Positions 63,501 through 64,000 of a stretch of 64,000 bases of DNA are shown in pieces. The DNA is from a virus, in the IMG/VR virus record IMGVR_UViG_3300045988_004573, positions 1 through 64,000 of that record; one strand, 5' to 3'. Each line of letters opens with the position of its first letter. The stretch's first letter is position 1. A model generated the notes under the pieces. That model saw nothing but the letters and a program-made list of their open reading frames with translations, made no database searches and was not told the DNA's origin. A program made the position numbers and the translations under genes.

Positions 63501-64000
63501 AGAGGTTCAATGTTCAGAACAACCTAGATACTGAGACTAGAAACTGGAGTACTAGAGAAAGCAGACTCACTAGGCTTAACCCATTTGGTAATAACCTAAT
63601 GTTGCCCTATAAGAGTGGAGACCATTATATGCAGTCTATGTCCTACTTGGCAGCAGCTAACCATTATAAGTTCTTAGACACTAATGGAGAGACTATATCA
63701 CTATGGGATGCCCTAGAAGTGAAGAACATAGATGATAGTAACCCTAAAGCTGGTAGGACATTAGAGCTTAAAGAAGGAGTACTATATATAGACCCTGAAA
63801 CTAACCAGACTAGAGAATGGAATCTTGATGATGAGGTTAAATTCCAGAACCTATGTAGAGAGACCAACAATAGAATGCACGGTATCTATAACAGAATGGA
63901 TAAGACAGCCTTCCATAACACTTGGTATGGTCAAGCTGCTTTAGCCATGAGAGGTTATGCACTTGGTCTATTATATAGAAGATTCTCTTCTAACCACTAC
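60504..64000 (+). CDS. second giant ORF of the RNAP block (partial, open to window end)
   Basis: ATG at 60504, 4 nt after the RNAP stop; I translated the first ~1.1 kb (60504-~61580) with no stop. The remainder to 64000 is inferred to be open from gene-like composition and from the track listing only short antisense ORFs there. Missing from the track because it has no stop. Confidence 0.7.

Noticed and set aside
1-64000. Stop-codon reassignment (TAG or TGA recoding), as reported for some crAss-like phages.
   Set aside because: - Portal, TerL, NrdD, PolA exons and RNAP read through under the standard code without in-frame stops.
- No CUA or UCA suppressor tRNA was found among about 30 tRNAs.
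- The one truncated gene (PolA) is explained by a group I intron.
1-64000. CRISPR arrays, rRNA genes, integrase/att sites, transposases.
   Set aside because: - No regularly spaced direct repeats or rRNA-like sequence were seen.
- No integrase-like or transposase-like ORF was recognised.
- The only mobile elements seen are homing endonucleases and the intron.

Overview
The window looks like part of a crAss-like (Crassvirales-type) phage genome with a Bacteroidetes host. The main evidence is a giant virion-type RNA polymerase carrying a DFDID metal-binding motif, and repeated host-type TAnnTTTG promoter boxes. All calls below are from reading the sequence and ORF track by eye, with no searches, so every family assignment needs HMM, structure or covariance-model confirmation.

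Layout:
- 1-8.4 kb: leftward packaging and late genes (portal, a free-standing GIY-YIG endonuclease, TerL and small genes).
- 8.4-13.4 kb: a leftward array of 27 tRNA or tRNA-like genes covering all 20 amino acids. Two HNH endonucleases, an endolysin, a Dps-like ORF and a ferredoxin-thioredoxin-reductase-like mini-ORF sit between the tRNAs.
- 13.9-14.4 kb: strand-switch region.
- From 14.4 kb, everything is rightward:
  - Small early genes with tandem paralogs.
  - A non-coding RNA island at 16.5-21.8 kb. It holds a ~340-nt structured RNA, several aberrant, nested or insertion-bearing tRNA-like genes, a tmRNA, and a Ro60/TROVE-vWA gene followed by a Y-RNA-like element.
  - Replication genes (SF2 helicase, DnaB-like helicase, ATPase, primase).
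  - A JAB / E1-like pair preceded by candidate Ubl and E2-like genes.
  - UDG, nucleases, NrdD/NrdG and dUTPase.
  - A family A DNA polymerase split by a group I intron that carries an HNH ORF.
  - ThyX, then the virion RNAP and the start of a second giant ORF that runs off the window.

Most interesting for follow-up:
- The phage-borne ubiquitin-like conjugation-type module.
- The Ro60 gene with its Y-like RNA, and the family of tRNA genes carrying a shared structured insertion.
- The nested tRNA.
- The RNase-P-like structured RNA candidate.
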